A stretch of 64,000 bases of DNA from Acidobacteriota bacterium (GTDB taxonomy: Bacteria > Acidobacteriota > UBA6911): contig OY761556.1 of assembly GCA_963664705.1 (NCBI GenBank), positions 4,192,001 to 4,256,000 of the forward strand, in the 5' to 3' direction. Made by a program: the position numbers and the translations under genes. The notes beneath the pieces were generated by a model. That model was not told where the DNA came from. It searched no databases and saw only the letters and a program-made list of their open reading frames with translations. This document shows, one piece after another, positions 61,187-64,000 of the stretch. Each line of letters opens with the position of its first letter. Position 1 is the first letter of the stretch.

Positions 61187-61250
61187 CTTTTTGGCTTCTA
61201 AGAAGCTCCGTCTTGTTAGGCGGCATGTACGCTTCCTGGAAGCCAAAAAG
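61187..61250. terminator. Long hairpin between convergent genes
   Basis: CTTTTTGGCTTC (61187-98) pairs with GAAGCCAAAAAG (61239-50). Confidence 0.6.
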
Positions 61251-61295
61251 GCAGCAAAAATCCGGCCCCAAGGCCTTATTCAGCCACTGTAGCCC

Positions 61296-62438
61296 TCACT
61301 TGTCTTCCTTCGGTCCGTCCCCGGCAGACTGGATACGGGAGCTGTGTTTCATGATGACGGCGAATAATTCGTCTACCAACTCCAGCGGCAGGCCCAGTGA
61401 TTTTCCCCATTCCTGACGAGGAGCCATCATGCGCCTTTCACGATCGGGGTCCACGACAGGTGTCGACTGGTTCATTTTGATCTTCCCGATCTTCCGCACA
61501 ACTTCAATGCGGTGACCCAGGGCCGAGAGTATCTGCTTATCATAGCGATCAACCATACTGCGCAGATCATGTTTGCGCGGCCGATTCAGGCTGTCCGGCA
61601 TCATTTTGCGCCGATGCCGTCCTGCCTGTTCCCAGGCAAGCGCCATTTCTCCACCAGACATTGCACCATTCAATTGCAGAAGCGTCCGGCCGAAACGATC
61701 AACTGCCTGCCTGATCGCTTCCTGGTTGGTGTCGAGGATTCCCTTCCACATGGAGTAATCTGATGCCGCCAGTCGTGTCATGTCGAGAAACCCTCTGCCG
61801 GCGATTTTATCCAGCATGCCATGCTCGGCATCACCCGCACGTGCAGTCTGCATCAGGGCGACCGAGATGAGCTGGGGAAGATGACTGACCATCGCCATGA
61901 TACGGTCGTGCTCTTCCGGATCCAGGGTGATGGGGATTGCCAGGAGGCTCTCAACTAGACCGATCAGGGTAATCAGCGCATCGGGTGGCGTATCCGGATA
62001 GGGACAGATCGCATAAACGCGATCGCTGAACAGAAGCGGGTCTGCGGCCTCCACGCCGGAACGCTCCGATCCCGCAACAGGATGCCCTCCGATAAAGTGC
62101 ACCCCGGGAGGGAGCAGCCCGCATGCACTTGCCATGATTGCTTTCTTGGTACTCCCCACATCAGTAACAATGGTGCCTTCGCGCAGGAATGGACGGAGCT
62201 GTTCAATCACGCCCAAAACAGACTGTACAGGAGTTGCCACAACAACGATGGAGCTTTCGGGTATATGGGCAGAAAAATCATCCATGGACCCAACCTGATC
62301 CGTCACCCCCGCCTCCCGTATAGCCGGAATGCGCTCAGGCAGATCAAGGCAGGCGATCGAATAATCCGGCCGCCTTCTTTTCAAAGCCAGCGCCAGAGAT
62401 CCTCCGATTAAGCCGCACCCGATAATCGTGATTTTCAT
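61296..62438 (-). CDS. tyrA: Prephenate dehydrogenase fused to a C-terminal AroQ chorismate mutase
   Basis: IIGCGLIGGS, DVGSTK, GGHPVAGSE, HDRIMAMVSHLP, TRLAAS, then LRSMVDRYDKQI..R...IGKIK...DPDRE...S..IQ. Confidence 0.9.
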   Translation of the reverse strand: MKITIIGCGLIGGSLALALKRRRPDYSIACLDLPERIPAIREAGVTDQVGSMDDFSAHIPESSIVVVATPVQSVLGVIEQLRPFLREGTIVTDVGSTKKAIMASACGLLPPGVHFIGGHPVAGSERSGVEAADPLLFSDRVYAICPYPDTPPDALITLIGLVESLLAIPITLDPEEHDRIMAMVSHLPQLISVALMQTARAGDAEHGMLDKIAGRGFLDMTRLAASDYSMWKGILDTNQEAIRQAVDRFGRTLLQLNGAMSGGEMALAWEQAGRHRRKMMPDSLNRPRKHDLRSMVDRYDKQILSALGHRIEVVRKIGKIKMNQSTPVVDPDRERRMMAPRQEWGKSLGLPLELVDELFAVIMKHSSRIQSAGDGPKEDK

Positions 62439-62453
62439 TTCAAATCTCTCCGT

Positions 62454-63482
62454 TTATTTTGCCTTGCCAAGCCGCCGGCCAAGAGTTGTGGCAATAATGC
62501 GGCATCGATTCATCAAGAGTCCGAATTCCTCGAAGGTCAAAGATTGCGGCCCATCGGACAGAGCCTTGTCGGGGTTAGGATGGATTTCCACCATGATACC
62601 ATCGGCGCCCGCGGCCACAGCTGCCCTGGCCATGGCGGCGACGAATCGACGGGTTCCCACGCCATGGCTTGGATCCGCAATAATCGGCAAATGCGAGAGG
62701 TGCTTCACGACGGGAATCGCTGATAGATCCAGCGTGTTTCGTGTGGCGGTCTCAAATGTGCGAATGCCTCTTTCGCACAAAATGACATCCGGGTTCCCTT
62801 CTGTCAGGATGTATTCAGCGCTCATCAGCAATTCCTGGATAGTTGCAGACAAACCCCGCTTCAGGAGAACCGGTTTGCCCGCATGCCCGAGGGCCGTCAG
62901 CAGCGGATAATTCTGCATATTGCGGGCACCGACCTGAAGGAGATCCGCATACTGCGCAACGGTATCAATCATTTCGATTGTCATGACTTCCGTAACCACC
63001 GCCAGTCCATGCCGGTCCGCCGCTTTCCGCAGAAGTTTCAGTCCTTCAAGCCCAAGTCCCTGGTAGGAATATGGGGATGACCGCGGCTTGAAAGCGCCTC
63101 CTCTTAATATCTGCGCTCCGCTTGCCGCCACCATCTCCGCACTGGCTTCAATTTGCTCCTCCGTTTCCACAGCACAGGGCCCGGCCATCACGGCCACCTC
63201 CATCCCGCCCACCAGGACATTTTCGCCGACACGGACTACCGTGTTTTCAGGGTGAAACTCATGGCTTGCGAGCTTATAGGGCGTGGAAACCAGGACTACA
63301 TCGCGAACTCCCGGCATTAGGGAAAAGGACCCGATGTCGAGTCGATTGCGATCACCCACCACACCCAGGATCGTGTGTTCTGTACCATCGGACCGATGCA
63401 CGAGCAGGCCGGCGTCCTTAATTTTCTGCTCCACAGCCTGGATCTGCGCCTCTGTGGCCTTTGCCTCACATACGACGATCAT
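62454..63482 (-). CDS. aroF: DAHP synthase type I-beta with N-terminal regulatory domain
   Basis: [47 protein letters not shown]. Confidence 0.95.
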   Translation of the reverse strand: MIVVCEAKATEAQIQAVEQKIKDAGLLVHRSDGTEHTILGVVGDRNRLDIGSFSLMPGVRDVVLVSTPYKLASHEFHPENTVVRVGENVLVGGMEVAVMAGPCAVETEEQIEASAEMVAASGAQILRGGAFKPRSSPYSYQGLGLEGLKLLRKAADRHGLAVVTEVMTIEMIDTVAQYADLLQVGARNMQNYPLLTALGHAGKPVLLKRGLSATIQELLMSAEYILTEGNPDVILCERGIRTFETATRNTLDLSAIPVVKHLSHLPIIADPSHGVGTRRFVAAMARAAVAAGADGIMVEIHPNPDKALSDGPQSLTFEEFGLLMNRCRIIATTLGRRLGKAK

Positions 63483-63495
63483 AAAAATTCTCCCC

Positions 63496-63536
63496 AAAAA
63501 TACGAACGGCCCACCGGTTTCCCTGGTGAGCCGTTC
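63496..63536 (-). terminator. Attenuator terminator hairpin upstream of aroF
   Basis: GAACGGCUCACC-N9-GGUGGGCCGUUC followed by GUAUUUUU, 14 nt before the aroF ATG. Confidence 0.85.
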
Positions 63537-63583
63537 TTTCTCTTCTGTTCTGAATGCGACGAAGAAAGGAAAAGACGAGGCCC

Positions 63584-63637
63584 TCAGGGGTCGGTCTTAT
63601 ATGAGCGGTAATAGTAAAGAGAATAGCAAATGCTCAT
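63584..63637 (-). CDS. Tyr-rich attenuation leader peptide [17 protein letters not shown]
   Basis: 17 aa, 5 Tyr including YYY, SD-like GAAGGA, located before the aroF terminator hairpin. Confidence 0.85.
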   Translation of the reverse strand: MSICYSLYYYRSYKTDP

Positions 63638-63802
63638 TTCATCTTCCTTCAGCGTTATATAGTACCAGAAATCAGCGTCCGCTGTTAGCAGTTAGTATGG
63701 AGTCGGTCTATCCTGACATCTGCCCGGCAATTCTCCCCTGGAAACAACACCTCGTCTATCGCACTGTATTCCAAGGAATTCAGACTAAGGAGGATGTGAT
63801 GT

Positions 63803-64000
63803 ATGGCCACATGGGGACTTGTCGAATACCGCGATGCCTCACCCGAGGTGCGCGCAATCTATGATGACATTATGGCGACGCGGAAAGTGGACTGGATCAA
63901 CAATTTCTGGAAAGCTCTCGCCCACGATCCTGCCACGTTAAAGCGGACGTGGCAAAGCATCAAGGAAATCATGGCACCGGGCAGACTGGATCCGCTGGTG
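63803..64000 (+). CDS. Carboxymuconolactone decarboxylase / AhpD family protein (partial, runs off the right edge)
   Basis: SD AGGAGG. Hand translation MATWGLVEYRDASPEVRAIYDDIMATRKVDWINNFWKALAHDP... Confidence 0.85.
   Translation, partial: MATWGLVEYRDASPEVRAIYDDIMATRKVDWINNFWKALAHDPATLKRTWQSIKEIMAPGRLDPLV

Noticed and set aside
63283-63864. 193-aa plus-strand ORF across the aroF leader
   Set aside because: It overlaps aroF and the attenuator antisense. The real plus-strand gene starts at 63803 in another frame.

Overview
64-kb chromosomal window of a bacterium. The gene content (Acidobacteria-style TonB receptor, DUF5916 protein, URO-D family enzyme, Fe-S and metal proteins) suggests an anaerobic Acidobacteriota-like organism, which is inference. 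In order, the window holds: (1) a PadR - aquaglyceroporin - G3E GTPase - ferredoxin - radical SAM - squalene-hopene-cyclase-like operon running off the left edge, whose last gene is missing from the ORF track; (2) an IS1202-like IS with a 17-bp target duplication; (3) signalling genes and cspA; (4) a hidden 583-aa UxxC selenoprotein, split into two ORFs by the track, divergent from an ArsR/RND/rhodanese-reductase sulfur-type operon; (5) a hexuronate cluster (uxaE, LarA-like epimerase, gnd, sugar kinase); (6) an ECF sigma / anti-sigma / membrane protein / TonB receptor unit followed by a GH18-CE4-GT2 synthase; (7) a minor type IV pilin cluster; (8) an XRE-NfeD-flotillin-PspA operon; (9) aroF-tyrA(CM) preceded by an unannotated Tyr-rich leader peptide with a complete four-segment attenuator. 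The best leads are the radical SAM (resembling archaeal GDGT ring synthases) coupled to a terpene-cyclase-fold gene, the tyrosine attenuator, and the selenoprotein. Family assignments come from motif recognition, not database searches. No tRNA, rRNA or CRISPR array was seen.
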